A stretch of DNA of 64,000 nt from Octopus vulgaris (taxonomy: Eukaryota): positions 70,618,001-70,682,000 of the forward strand of contig OX597828.1 of assembly GCA_951406725.2 (NCBI GenBank), given 5' to 3'. Below the pieces are notes generated by a model, which saw only the letters and a list, made by a program, of their open reading frames with translations, did not search any database and had not been told where the DNA came from. A program made the position numbers and the translations under genes. Positions 14,309-28,337 of the stretch are shown here, in pieces (within the stretch, counting starts at the first letter, position 1; every line of letters starts with the position of its first letter).

Positions 14309-14871
14309 ACACACACATATGAACACGTATGAATGAATGTATGGGTTCCATATACGGAAACTGTATAGAAGCCTTTCGAATGGTTTGAACTTGTAAATCA
14401 AGAAGCCACCCTTGCTATACCTTGTATCGTACCCTACCAATTTGTCAACTCACATTATTGATACTAAGCTATTTAACCGATCTCCTGTCCATCTGTTCAA
14501 CTGTTCATGTTGTCCTCTTGTCAACTTTTCTGCTTGTCCGCCTATCCACTTGTCCACCTGTCCCCCTGTCCACCTGTCCACATATTTGACACAACACACA
14601 CACACACACACACACACACCACTCGATATCTGACAACCTCCATCACAGCAGTAGAACAACACACAATGTGTTTACAAAGCAATCCTAGGGCGGAGATCTT
14701 AAAGACTGTCTCTCGTAGAAACATTAATCAGAAATTGGTCCAGTGATTTTGACATGGCACCATCTGGCTTTCGGCTCACATTGCCGCCACCCAGTTCCAT
14801 ATATATATATATAACACCTATACATACACATGCCCAGACACACACATCTCCGTACAGATATACCTATACAG

Positions 14872-14909
<38 letters not shown>

Positions 14910-15084
14910 AGGTTTCGTCTCATCTGCCAAACATTACACAACGCAATCCAACAAAAGGCTTCCCCACAGACGCCATGTTCAACTCTCTTCTATTTCTTAT
15001 ATTTTATACCCACGGGAATAAGCCATTTGAATTCTTTATACAATTGTCTACGTATATATATACATATATATATGAATATATGTA

Positions 15085-15150
<66 letters not shown>

Positions 15151-15191
15151 CCTACCTACCTACCTACCTACCTACCTACCTACCTACCTAC

Positions 15192-15271
<80 letters not shown>

Positions 15272-15274
15272 ACA

Positions 15275-15660
15275 ATTTTGGGCGAATTGTTAGTCGATTA
15301 CAGGGCTCGGCTGCTCCTTATTTCACAGAAACCGAAAAGATGAGTGACAAAGTCGGCCTCGGCGGAAGTGGAACTCGGAACGTAAAAAGCCGGAAGAAAT
15401 GCTGTGAAGCTAATGATTCTGCCTGCTCACCGCCTTAGAAAGTACAAATAATCCCTTTCTACAATAGGCACGAGCCCTGAACTTGCGTGTGGTGGTGGTG
15501 GGGTCTAATCGATTACATCGATCGAGTACTCGACTGGTACTTGTTTTATCGATCCTGAAAGGATGAAAGGCAAAGTCGAGCTCGACGGAATTGGAACTCA
15601 AAACGTAAAGACGGACGAAATGCTCAGTAGCATTTCGTCCGGTGTGCCTACTTGCTGCCT
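15275..15660 (-). mobile_element. Two tandem family B SINEs
   Basis: Reverse copies at ~15275-15435 and ~15455-15660. Confidence 0.75.
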
Positions 15661-15684
15661 TACTGGGAAATACAAATTATGATA

Positions 15685-16160
15685 TCGAAAAGACATTTAC
15701 CGGGCGCACGTGTGTTCCTCTCACTACTTTGCATTTTAGAAACTGCAGCCATTGATATCTAGCGATCGCTCTCAGGCAAGGTGTGCAGGATAAGGAGCGA
15801 AACGCTTACGACACAGAGATACCTTCTGGTGATACGGAAGGTTCTCCGATATTGCCTGAAATACGTCTGAGTAGGCCTTGCAGTTTTTGCAGGGAGCAAA
15901 GCATTTCCGATATATTTTATCCACGCGTCAATGGGGACCGTTTTATACTGAGGCGTGACGAGTTGATTTTGCAAGCCACCATTTTGAATCTCACGGATAA
16001 GAACCATGAATTCTAACGAGATCTACTTTCCACTGTTTTATGGCGTAGAGTGATCGCTAGATATCAATGGCTGAAGTTTCTAAAAGATTCTTTTCCTCTC
16101 TGACGATGAAACAAAAAGTAGTGAGAGGAACACACGTGCGCCCGGTAAATGTCTTTTCCA
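15685..16160. mobile_element. MITE with ~90-115-bp TIRs, TA or ATAT target duplication
   Basis: GAAAAGACATTTACCGGGCGCACGTGTGTTCCTCTCACTACTTT...CAGCCATTGATATCTAGCGATC mirrored at 16046-16158. Confidence 0.85.
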
Positions 16161-16294
16161 TATCATTTTTATCTTATATTTGTTTCAGTCACTGGACTGC
16201 GACCATGCTGCAGCACACTGCCTTCAACAGTTTTTGATCGAATGAATCGATTCCATACTTAGATAGATAGACATAGACAGACAGACAGACAGAC

Positions 16295-16373
<79 letters not shown>

Positions 16374-16585
16374 GACAATAATAATAATACCATTCGAGTA
16401 TTCCAATCTAATCCAAGTTCTGGCTAATCACAGCGAATTGTTCAAACAATCCCATGTATTTCATTCAGAGGGACTCAGGGGTCGAGAGCCTCGTGCGTTA
16501 GCACTTAATCTCTCGGCCCTTGGATCACTCTGTTGCTTCTGTTAAATATTAATGTTTTGAGTTCTAACTTGCTTGTTTGCATCAC

Positions 16586-16640
<55 letters not shown>

Positions 16641-17225
16641 GTGCCACGGGTTTCCACACAGTTTGCAACTGCTGGATTCACTGATAAAACATTGAGCGAC
16701 CCGGAGCTATTGTAGAAAACACTTGGCCACAACGCCAGGCAGTGGAACCGAACCCGAAACCACGTGATTGTAAAGCGAGCTTCTTAACAACACAGTCATA
16801 TCGGCGCCTATATTGAGAAATATGAAACTTCAAGCTCTTACGAGCGGATCCTGCCTCCTATTTGTAAAATACAGAGAAGGAAGGCTCCGCCGGTGTATAT
16901 AGCAGTTTGTATGTTTATTCTCTGTAAGTTTCGGTCTCTGGACGGGATCATCAGTCGGTAAAGCAATACGACATCGCCACAGCCACCAGCATGGAGCAAC
17001 CCAAGTTGCAGACGGATAGCAATGAAATTCGCGCAGAATTCTTTTTTCCAGCTGGCAAAGATGGAATGAAGTGTGTCTGGGATGAATTAGAATAAATAAT
17101 TTTAATCGCAATATTTATGTTTCCGGGTATATTTTACATTCATTTTTATATCTATATTAGATTTCACCATATGTATGTATGTAATGTGTGTGTGTGTATG
17201 TGTGTGTGGATGTGTATTTATATGC

Positions 17226-17289
<64 letters not shown>

Positions 17290-17290
17290 C

Positions 17291-17364
<74 letters not shown>

Positions 17365-17836
17365 GTATATATACATATATGTATGTATGTATGTATGTAT
17401 TGTGTAAGTGTGTGACGGGCTTCTTTCAGTTTCCGTCCTCTAAATCCACTCATAAGGCTTGGGTCGGCCCGATACTATAATAGAAAACACTTGGCCTAGG
17501 TACTAGGTGTTGGGACTGAACTCGGAACCATATGAGTGAAAAGTAAATTTCTTACCAAACAACCGCGCCAGTGCCTCACTCTATCCCTTTCTCTCTCTCT
17601 CTCTCAATATATATATATATAGAGAGAGAGAGATATATAGAGAGAGAGGGGGTAAATAGATAGATAGATTGATAATTAAATAGATAGACACACAGACAGT
17701 TAAATAGATGGAACTTATACACACAGACATACACAAATACGCAATTTCACCACGTGTGTATATATGAGTATATAGATATGTGTGCGAGTGCGTGTATGTG
17801 TGTTTGTGTGTATGTATATTTTCCAATTCCCTATGT

Positions 17837-17883
<47 letters not shown>

Positions 17884-18247
17884 TACACATAACAGACACC
17901 GCCATCACCACTACCACCGCCGCCACCTCCTACCACCTCCTCCTCCTCCACCAAACAAACACCGTCGCCATGTTTATCATTCGTTCCTTACACACATCAA
18001 CAAAAACTTCCTTATTATATCTCCTATTTACCTGTGTTTCACCACTAATAGCTACCCTGCCTTCCCACCTGTAGTCTACCCCTGACACCGATAGCTCCAC
18101 CCAGAACACATCATCACTTTATATTATTCTAATGAACCAACACAAATCCTCACTTAATCACTCGTAAAACCTAACTAGCTTTTTCACTTTCTCTAATCAT
18201 ATAGCCAACCGCTTCCCACTCCACTGCACACCAACACACACTGCAGC

Positions 18248-18312
<65 letters not shown>

Positions 18313-18486
18313 CGGTGGTGGTGGTGGTGGTGGAGGTGTTTGTAGTATGGTATGGTATGGTATGCATTTTTTATAGTTATTGTTTGTGTTGTTGCAATCC
18401 TAGTAATTGTTGTAGTTCTTGTTGTTTTATTCTGTTGTTGCTGCTGTTATTGTTGTTGTTGTTCATGTTGTGGTTATTGTTCTACA

Positions 18487-18560
18487 ACAGTGGTTCCCAA
18501 CCAGGGGTCCACGGTCGACCCCTGGTGGTCCGCAAAGGTAGGTCCGTGAGGTAAATTCAA
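18487..18560. mobile_element. hAT-type (Charlie-like) left terminus
   Basis: CAGTGGTTCCCAACCAGGGGTCC. Confidence 0.6.
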
Positions 18561-18561
18561 A

Positions 18562-18631
<70 letters not shown>

Positions 18632-18634
18632 ATA

Positions 18635-19073
18635 CTAGCAGCATAGCCCGGCGTTGCCCGGGTAAGTAAGAGCCCCTAGTAGGCAACGACTAACTCAATC
18701 TAGTCCTTTCCCTCTAGGGAACGAAGGCGCATGTGTAGGTTGCAATGGCTTCTCTTCACTCGAATACTTCTGTGTATACGATGTTCCTAGCTGTCCCTTT
18801 GGGCGATAAAAAGGTTGAGTTGTGTCCCCTAGACAGAAAATGTGTTGCATATAAAAAGCTTAGATTCTCGACCCCATGTCGAATTTATCGATTTTTTTCA
18901 GAACTGGGGGAACTTTTCAAAATTTTCGCTGCGTTAGTTTTGCATTATGACATTGGGCTATGTGTGTGTCAAGTTTCATCAGAATCGGTTGAAAGCCGTG
19001 GTCAGGGTAAGGGTACAACCTGACAGACACACAGACACACAGACAGACAAACTGCCGTTTATATAGAGAGAGA
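18635..19073 (-). mobile_element. Non-autonomous Helitron
   Basis: Minus strand starts A|TC, ends with CCCGG-N6-CCGGG hairpin and CTAG|T; internal (GACA)n. Confidence 0.8.
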
Positions 19074-19079
19074 TAATCT

Positions 19080-19275
19080 TTTATTTGTTTCAGTCATTTT
19101 TGACTGGAGCACCGCCGTTAGTCGAGCAAATTGACCCCCAGGACTTATTCTTTGTAAGTACTTATTGCACTTATTGTAAGCCAAGTACTTATTCTCTTTT
19201 TTGTTAAACCGTAAGTTACGGGGACGTAAATACACCAACATCGGTTGTCAAGCGATATTGGGTGGACAAACACAG

Positions 19276-19350
<75 letters not shown>

Positions 19351-19497
19351 CGACGGGCTTCTTTCAGTTTCCGTTTACCAAATCCACTCACAAGGGTGGA
19401 AGTAGAAGACACTTACCCAAGGTGCCGCTCAGTGGGACTGTACCCGAAACCATTTGGCTGGTAAACAAGCTACTTACCACACAACCACTCCTGCACC
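19080..19497 (-). mobile_element. SINE family A, near full length
   Basis: Head, internal (CA)/(TA) tract and tail all present. Confidence 0.85.
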
Positions 19498-19533
<36 letters not shown>

Positions 19534-19547
19534 CGTGCGTGTGTGTG

Positions 19548-19582
<35 letters not shown>

Positions 19583-20691
19583 GTCTGTGTGTCTGTGTGT
19601 GTGTCCTTCATGGTTTGGAAGAAGAATATCACCACCACAATTATCAACGTCATCGTCGTCGTCATCAACACACTCCACTTCTTTCCACAAGAACAATCGT
19701 AACCAATTCCTTCTCTACCACCACCACCACCACCGCCGTTACCGCCGCCGTCGCCGTCGCCATCTTGTTCTTTTAAACTTTCTTCACAATTTTATCATAA
19801 GAAACGAGAAAGTATATTTAATATCAAACTGTTTGGTCCAGAGAATGTTTCAAGGACCACGAATTCGAGAAAAGATTGAATTCGTGGGGACTGACTTCAA
19901 TTTAAACGTTATTAACAACACTGCACTTGGGCCAGCCTCAAGCGAGGACACATACGGTGATGCTGTGGCACTATGCTTCGCCCCTTTTTTTGCTTTTTAG
20001 ACGTTCTGGTGTTCTTTAAATAAATTTTTCCTGCTATTTCTTGCAGGTCGAGAGACCTCATAACATTTTCTTGTATGCTGTTCCCCTGGTTGACAAACAG
20101 TCACGACTTCCGATAGGGTCGGTAACTGAAACTTCGATTGGCTAAAATCGAATGATTTTAAATGCCCAAAAGAAAAAAAATCATTTTGATTTTCGACATC
20201 AGCGAAACAAAACCAGATCCGAACTACGTTCCTTGAAAATAATCTGGCAAAAATTTGAAAAATTTCAATTGATTAAAAGAAATTTATCAAGATCTATATA
20301 GGGTGCGTTGGTGTTGAAGCTGTTGATGTCTCTCTTAAGGTGAAAGCGACTGAAATAAAAAAAAATAGAATAAATAAAGACACACTTCAGTGAATTTCTC
20401 GATGATACAGTGTGTAGATAACACCGTGAATAGTTTGAAGCGTGTAGATAACAGCGTACAGATAACACCGTGTGCATTTATAATTGTGCGTAGATAGCAT
20501 TGAGAGGTAAATAGTGACATTTAACTTAATAACAGCTGTCAAAGAGCGGGGGGGGGAAGGGAAAGAGAGAGAGACCGGAGAAGAGGAGAGAGGGGGAGAG
20601 AGAGAGAAGAGAGGCAAACAGTCCGTAGTGGTTTAACCGACTGAATAAAGTTTTCGATAAGAAACGTAAGTTCTTAGTCTATAACTAATAC

Positions 20692-20818
<127 letters not shown>

Positions 20819-20916
20819 CCTCTCATATCTCCTGACTTTATATGGTCTCTCTTCCTTGTGGCCGCGTGTGTATCGTTGGCGATTTTTTTCCTCCGTCTTC
20901 CCTTTCTTTTTCCTGT

Positions 20917-20951
20917 GTTTCTGACGAAGAATTCCGCTCGAAACGTTAAAT
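20917..20951 (+). ncRNA. Minimal type I hammerhead motif, stem II damaged
   Basis: GUUU CUGACGA A GAAU UCC GCUC GAAA CG UU/AAAU inside a (TA)n-flanked element 20816-21060. Confidence 0.5.
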
Positions 20952-21055
20952 CTCCCTTGTTTCTTTCCTTTCTTGAACGTCCAATAATACTATACTTGTT
21001 CCACGTCCTCGCGTTGTTGTGTTTTCTCTTTGTGTTTTCGTGTTTGGATCAACTT

Positions 21056-21135
<80 letters not shown>

Positions 21136-21210
21136 AAGGGAGAGAGAGACCATACAATGACAGGAGGTATGAGAGGCGAATGTGCTTGTTCAACCACTTG
21201 ATATCCGTAG

Positions 21211-21364
21211 GATTACGGCCGTTTCGCATCCGCCGTCATGTAATGATAATTTCAGTGTTTCATAAATTATTGTAGATGTCTACACCAATATGCATACAAC
21301 ACATTGCACAGTACAATTGTACAATTGTATACAAAGCATATATAGAAGGGCAGCTCTTCAGATC
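21211..21364 (-). ncRNA. Type I hammerhead motif with ~125-nt stem II insertion
   Basis: GAU CUGAAGA GC...GC GAAA CGGCCG UA/AUC; palindromic stem III ACGGCCGU. Confidence 0.55.
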
Positions 21365-21664
21365 ACCAGAACATCCAATGTTACACAAAACTTCAACTCG
21401 TAATAATTAAATAACAGAATGTTTTGCAATAACTGGCTATAAGTGATTATCCAATCAAAACTTGAATTTTAAATATATATACACATACATATATTACGAT
21501 GTAAACGACTATCCCCCCTCCCCTAAATTTCAGGCCTTGTGTCTAAATTAAGGATTATTACTATTATTATTATTATTACAATTATATACATCGTCACCCC
21601 CATTATTATTGTTATTATTTTTTTTTCTTCTTTCAAATTTGTTTCCATTTTCTTCCATTTCTAT

Positions 21665-21723
<59 letters not shown>

Positions 21724-21724
21724 T

Positions 21725-21765
21725 AAATAATAATAATAATTATTATTATTATTATCATTATTATA

Positions 21766-21839
<74 letters not shown>

Positions 21840-21847
21840 TATTATTA

Positions 21848-21881
<34 letters not shown>

Positions 21882-21895
21882 CATTATTATTATTA

Positions 21896-21977
<82 letters not shown>

Positions 21978-22026
21978 TATCATTATTATCATTATTATCA
22001 TTATTATTATTATTATTATTATTATT
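21725..22026. repeat. (ATT/ATC)n microsatellite
   Basis: Direct read. Confidence 0.95.
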
Positions 22027-22032
22027 GTACAT

Positions 22033-22066
<34 letters not shown>

Positions 22067-22107
22067 TTATAAATATACATGTATATATAAATATATATAT
22101 ATACACA

Positions 22108-22291
22108 TACAGGGAGAATTCACAAAACAAAAACAAAAGACGAAGACAGGTGGTGTAGACAACAAACAGATGTATTAGTAAAAGGCTCGGGAATTGAAAA
22201 AGTCTTTAACGTTTCGAGCTTACGCTCTTCCACAGAAAGGAACAAAGAAAGAAACAAGGAGAGAAAATAAAGAATGTGTAGTGGCTAGCGA
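22108..22291 (-). mobile_element. Hammerhead-bearing element in (TA)n (family H1), core mutated
   Basis: Near-identical to 51701-51888; CUUU CUGUGGA A GAGC GUAA GCUC GAAA CG UU/AAAG. Confidence 0.7.
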
Positions 22292-22297
22292 TATATA

Positions 22298-22388
<91 letters not shown>

Positions 22389-22389
<1 letters not shown>

Positions 22390-22552
22390 GGCGTAGGAGT
22401 GGCTGCCTGGTAAGTAGCGTGCTTACGAACCACATGGCTCCGGTTTCAGTCCCACTGTGTGGCACCTTGGGCAAGTGTCTTCTACTATAGCCTCGGGCCG
22501 ACAAAAGCCTTGTGAGTGGATTTGGTAGACGAAAACTGAAAGAAGCCCATCT
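22389..22552 (+). mobile_element. SINE family A head
   Basis: GGCGTAGGAGTGGCTG...GGCACCTTGGGCAAGTGTCTT. Confidence 0.85.
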
Positions 22553-22564
22553 TATATATGTATG

Positions 22565-22622
<58 letters not shown>

Positions 22623-22977
22623 TTTTAAGTTTATCTCTACAGATTTTCGATAGAGTTTAAACTACATACTTATACATATATGCGTGTTTGTATAAATATG
22701 TATGTATTTGTGTATGCGTATGTATGCGTCTATCTGGGCAATATATCAAACTTTGACAGTCTATTCAGCTATAATTTTTTTATATAGTTAACATACTTAC
22801 TTACTCTGCTCAAAGTATTGAGTTCTATATCAGATAATGTTTGCACAGCGCAAAATATATATCCAAGTATGCATCGTAACTCTTACATTACGGTATGTAT
22901 GTATGCATGTATATATGCATGTATGTATGTATGTATGCATGCATATATGTATGTATATATGCATGTATGTATGTATG

Positions 22978-23011
<34 letters not shown>

Positions 23012-23064
23012 TTTTATGTATGTATGTGCATATAACAGTTAAGATGTTGTCTGAACAGACAGGC

Positions 23065-23174
<110 letters not shown>

Positions 23175-23262
23175 CTAGACAGACAGAGAGAGATAGATAG
23201 ATATAGACAGACAGACAGACAGAAAGGTTGGCAGTCAGGCAGACAGACATATAGACAGGCAG

Positions 23263-23302
<40 letters not shown>

Positions 23303-23303
23303 G

Positions 23304-23361
<58 letters not shown>

Positions 23362-24337
23362 GTAGGTAAATAGGTATGTAGGTGAACAGGTAGAAACTGG
23401 TGTGTGTACATGCGTTTGTGTGCGAGATAGTGATGAGAGAGAGAGAGAGAGGGAAATAGAGAGAGAATGAGAAAGAAGGAGAGCAAAAGAGAAAGAGAAG
23501 AATGAGAAAGAGGGCGAGGCAGAGAGAGATCTTGGATGGAGTTAAGTATTTGACGCCAGAAACTGTAGAAAGAAATCAAAGACGGAGGAATCAGCAGGAA
23601 GAATGGTAAGAAGAGATGGTATTAAGCATGAAATAAAATGATACTTAATTGAATAATGGTTTCTCCGTCTGGCACTGTGGGTGAGGGTGTGGGGAGAAAT
23701 TCCGTCACAGAATGCAGAAACTCATTATCATCTCATACAGTGGAGGAGATTACCTCTTCAAGAATCTCAAAGTTAAAATTCTCGAGTAAATGGTAAAAAC
23801 GATCTGATTCATGAAAGTTCACAGCTACACGTGGTAAAAGTTAATTTTAATGTAATTATCGAATTAACATAATTTATGTTTGTCTGTCTTCGAGTCTTGG
23901 AGGAATAGCTAATCCAAACCAAACAGAATATTTGTTTAATTCCTCAAGGAGTTACATTTATCCGCTTACTACAAATACTTGTTATTTTAGGCCCCGTCAT
24001 TTCAACAATGTCTGGGTTTGGGGATTCTTTTAGCGCCACATTCCTTGCAATTCTACTCTTCAATTTCCCAGAAAAACTTTATATAATATCATTAAGTCGT
24101 TTGGGTAACACAGCGATTGTTTTTTTCCAGGGACCGTCACCACAATAAAGGCTAGGATTTTGAATTCTTTTACTGCCACATTCCTGGCAATACTGCCCTT
24201 CAATTTCCTAGCTCCATTTTATATACCATATTCAATGGCAGAAAAAATGCACCGACGTTTTAGATGCATCCCAATTTCAGCAGCGAAAATCCAGGAATTT
24301 TTATTTTATTTTAGCGTAATATTTATTGGCAACTGAA

Positions 24338-24890
24338 GGCGACGAGGGCGGCAGAAACGTTAGCACGCCGGGAGAAATGCTTAGCAGCATTTCGTCTGTC
24401 GCTACGTTCTGAGTTCAAATTCTGCCGAGGTCAAATTTGCCTTTCATCCTTTCGGGGTCGATTAAATAAGTACCATTTACGCACTTGGGTCGATATAATC
24501 GACTTAATCCGTTTGCCTGTCCTTGTTTGTCCTCTCTGTGTTTAGCCCCTTGTGGGTAGTAAAGAAATAGGTATTTCGTCTGTCGCTGCGTTCTGAGTTC
24601 AAATTCCGCCGAGGTCAACTTTGCCTTTCATCCTTTCGGGTCGATTAAATAAGTACCAGTTACGCACTGGGGTCGATATAATCGACGTAATCCGTTTGCC
24701 TGTCCTTGTTTGTCCCCTCTATGTTTAGCCTCTTGTGGTCAGTAAAGAAATAGGTATTTCGTTTGTCTTTTTTTTCATTCTTTCGGGGTCGATAAATTAA
24801 GTACCAGTTGCATACTGGGGTCGATCTAATTGACTGGCCCACTCCCCCAAAAAATTCGGGCCTTGTGCTTAAAGCGAAAAAGAATATTTA
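24338..24890 (+). mobile_element. SINE family B with tandemly reiterated ~180-bp body
   Basis: Unit ATTTCGTCTGTCGCT...GTAAAGAAATAGGT repeated twice plus a partial third. Confidence 0.85.
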
Positions 24891-25865
24891 TAGCATCTTA
24901 AAGTCAGAGTTGTTAGGGCACCGGACAAAATGCTTAGCGGCATTTCATCCGGCTTTACGAAAGGAGTGAAGCTCTAAAGTGGGTGAGAGTACAATTCGGA
25001 AAAAGGGGGACTAAATGTTGAAAGGGGTGAAACTATCGATTAAAAGGAATGCGACCACAAGAAAGGGGAAATTGAAAGGCTTGAGACAACGAGTGAAAGG
25101 AGTGGGACTGCAGATGATGGAAGGAGGTACAGACGGAACCAGGTAATGCATCCTTTCGTTTAAAAGGGTGGGGATGGTGGCGTCAGAACTGAAAGAAGCT
25201 TAGCAGCTATTTCTAGCAGATCCAACAATCACGTAAATAGTGTTTTGGCAAATGGGCATTTGCCACTTAGTTGAATGACTTTCATTCAGGTGTGTCTACG
25301 GTAATAGTAAAGTGTAGTAGCCACACCGTTCTAGATATCGGGAGAGTACTATGACGTTTGGAAGGACAATCGAGCATCGTAGTGGAGGAAGCAGCAACTA
25401 AACTGGCCGGGGCTATTTTGGGACCCAGAAGCATTTGGTCTTCGCGATGCGCAATTGGCAATGTCAAATATATGATGACGTCAGTAAACAACAACAAAAA
25501 AACTACATTTCAAGTGAGAGGTGTCAACTGTTTCAACTTCTGCGCAAATGTACGTGCACACATATATATATTTATGCATACATATATATACATATATATG
25601 TACACATACGTACGTACGTACGTACGTATGTATGTATGTATGTATGTATGTATGTATGTATGTATGTATGTATGTATGTATGTATGTATGTATGTATGTT
25701 TGCATACACATACAAACATACACACGCACACATATATTACTTAACGGAGTAATACTGTAAAAAGCCACAAACTGAGACATACATCTGTATTTATATTGTG
25801 TGTATATATATACACAATATATATACAATATATACATATATATACATACATGCATATATATATAC

Positions 25866-25922
<57 letters not shown>

Positions 25923-25956
25923 CACACATGTGCATAAATATAGTTTATTTAAACTG

Positions 25957-26011
<55 letters not shown>

Positions 26012-28082
26012 TTATATGTATACGCACGCACAAGTACGTACACACCCACTGAACATTTTGCAACTCCTCAAGTTAACAGGAGGTTATCCACCATATTTTC
26101 AAGCTGTTTTTATAAACATTCAAACAAACTGCTCCTTTTGTGTATAATAATTATTTTCATTGAAAAGTTACAAAATATTTTTTTGTCTGCGTGATGCCTT
26201 TTTGATTATTGTTGCCTTCTCGTTTTTCATTGGCCAATTTCTCGGTTGTATTGTTTCCATTGGTTGGTTTCCTTATTAAATTCTGTTTTTCTAGATAGTT
26301 ATTCGTTATCATTCGTTACATCTTTGAGCTTGATGTAATTTTGATTATTGCCGTATTGGCCATTTTCATTGGCTACATCTCAGATGAATTATCCTTATTG
26401 GTCGATTTCATTATTATATCCTGTTTCGATAAACTGTTATTCTGTTAATGTCTCTATTGACTTAGGAGATCTGTCTGCCATTCCTAAATCTTTATATTCT
26501 GTTGGGGATCGGCATTTTTACGTTTTCACTGTTATTACGCCACCAAATACTTATTCTGTTTGTAACACAGACAGTTTTCTTCTAAAAATGAATATATTTC
26601 GCAATTCAGACAGGCTTCCATCCCATCCATTCATTTCCACTGCCTACAATTCCTCAGTGAGTTGCTGGAGCACTCCCTCTATAGGGTACTATCAGAAGCA
26701 ACCGTGATTATATTTTCTTGGTGTATTTCCAAGCGTCACCGAGACTAGAGATATTATCCACCCATTTCTTTCTTGGTCTACTCTTGGGGTCTCCTGCCGA
26801 AGGAGGCTGGCTTGAAGGACCCGTTTTGCGATACTTTCCTGCGACAGTCTAACTACATATACCGAAACAGTGCCTTATCAGTGCGGAGAAGAAGTGATTC
26901 GAACTGGAGAGGCTTTCTGGTGTCTGAGCTACCCCCTCATTTGTTTAACATTATTCCGGTGAAGAACATCAGACAGATTTTTGATAATCAATATATTTTG
27001 ATCTCTGCAGATTGATATCATCTCATTTTGTTTCTGCTGAGCATGCGTACTTGTTGCATAATTATACTATATTTTATGTGGTGCACAGAAACATATCCCA
27101 TAATCACTTACATAAGAGGTGGCACTGCTTATTAATGCCTTGTTTACAATTACATATTTTCTACCTGAGCCTTTCTCCCCTTTTCTAGTGTTGCTGCTTT
27201 GCTAGATTACTTCGTCTGTAAGCAATGTTCATATAACCAGCCATTACACTCACTGCAATTGGTGTGTGTTCTTCTCCAGCTGAAACTAACTTTTGTGTTG
27301 ATCCTATTGAATAAGTTATATCAAGTTTCATTTGTTGGAAAAATTTTGAGGATTAGCTAAGAAAACATTTTGCTATAATTTAAGCTGAAGAGTGAGTTGA
27401 ACTAGAAAACATATCGTTTTTAATAGAGTTTGATATTTTTAGTTGTTTAGATGGTTTTAGGTAAGGTTTCTAATTTTTCGTTGAACCCGCTCATTTCTAT
27501 GCTTAATTATACGACGAAGCTGCTTGCTTGAATGTTGTTTCCCCAAACCCACTCCGCAAGATATTGTAGAAATTCCACAAATAATGTTATTGACTTGGTT
27601 CTTTACTACTGAAAGTGACTTGAATTTTTTTATTTTATTAGTCCTTCATTTTCTTAAAGATTAGTGCTTTCCTGAAATCAGCTTTAATTTTATAATTAGC
27701 AAATTGGAAAATTGGATGGGTTAGGTTGGCTAACTATCTTTGGGTTAAATTCTTTGAAAACATTTAATTGGGAGATGTTTTGGCCATCTGTTCAGCAGAG
27801 ATCCTTTATACAGTCGTTGCTTATCATGTTTAATTTTTACAGTATGCATATTATATGTCCTTACATACACACTCATACACTCACACACAGTTGTGTGTAT
27901 GTGTGTGTATATGTGTATGTGTATGTCTGGGAATGGTTAAGTGATGTAGACGCCTCATTTTTCTTTTCAATCTACGGAGAAAGTTAAATTCACTGTTTGT
28001 ATTTTTACTACATAAGTTTACATAGTGTGTGTGTATGTATGTGTGCATGTGTGTGTATGTGTGTATCTGTGTCTGTGTGTCT

Positions 28083-28154
<72 letters not shown>

Positions 28155-28263
28155 GGCAGTGCCTCAGCATGACCACAATCCAGTGATTGAAACAAGTGAA
28201 AGACACACTTCAATACATATATATATATATACACACATACACACATATATATGAATATATGTG

Positions 28264-28296
<33 letters not shown>

Positions 28297-28337
28297 ATAT
28301 ATATATATGTATATGTGTGTGCGTGTGTGTGCACATA

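Noticed and set aside
24390-24830. Regularly spaced repeats as a CRISPR array
   Set aside because: Units are whole SINE bodies without unique spacers; eukaryotic context; no cas genes
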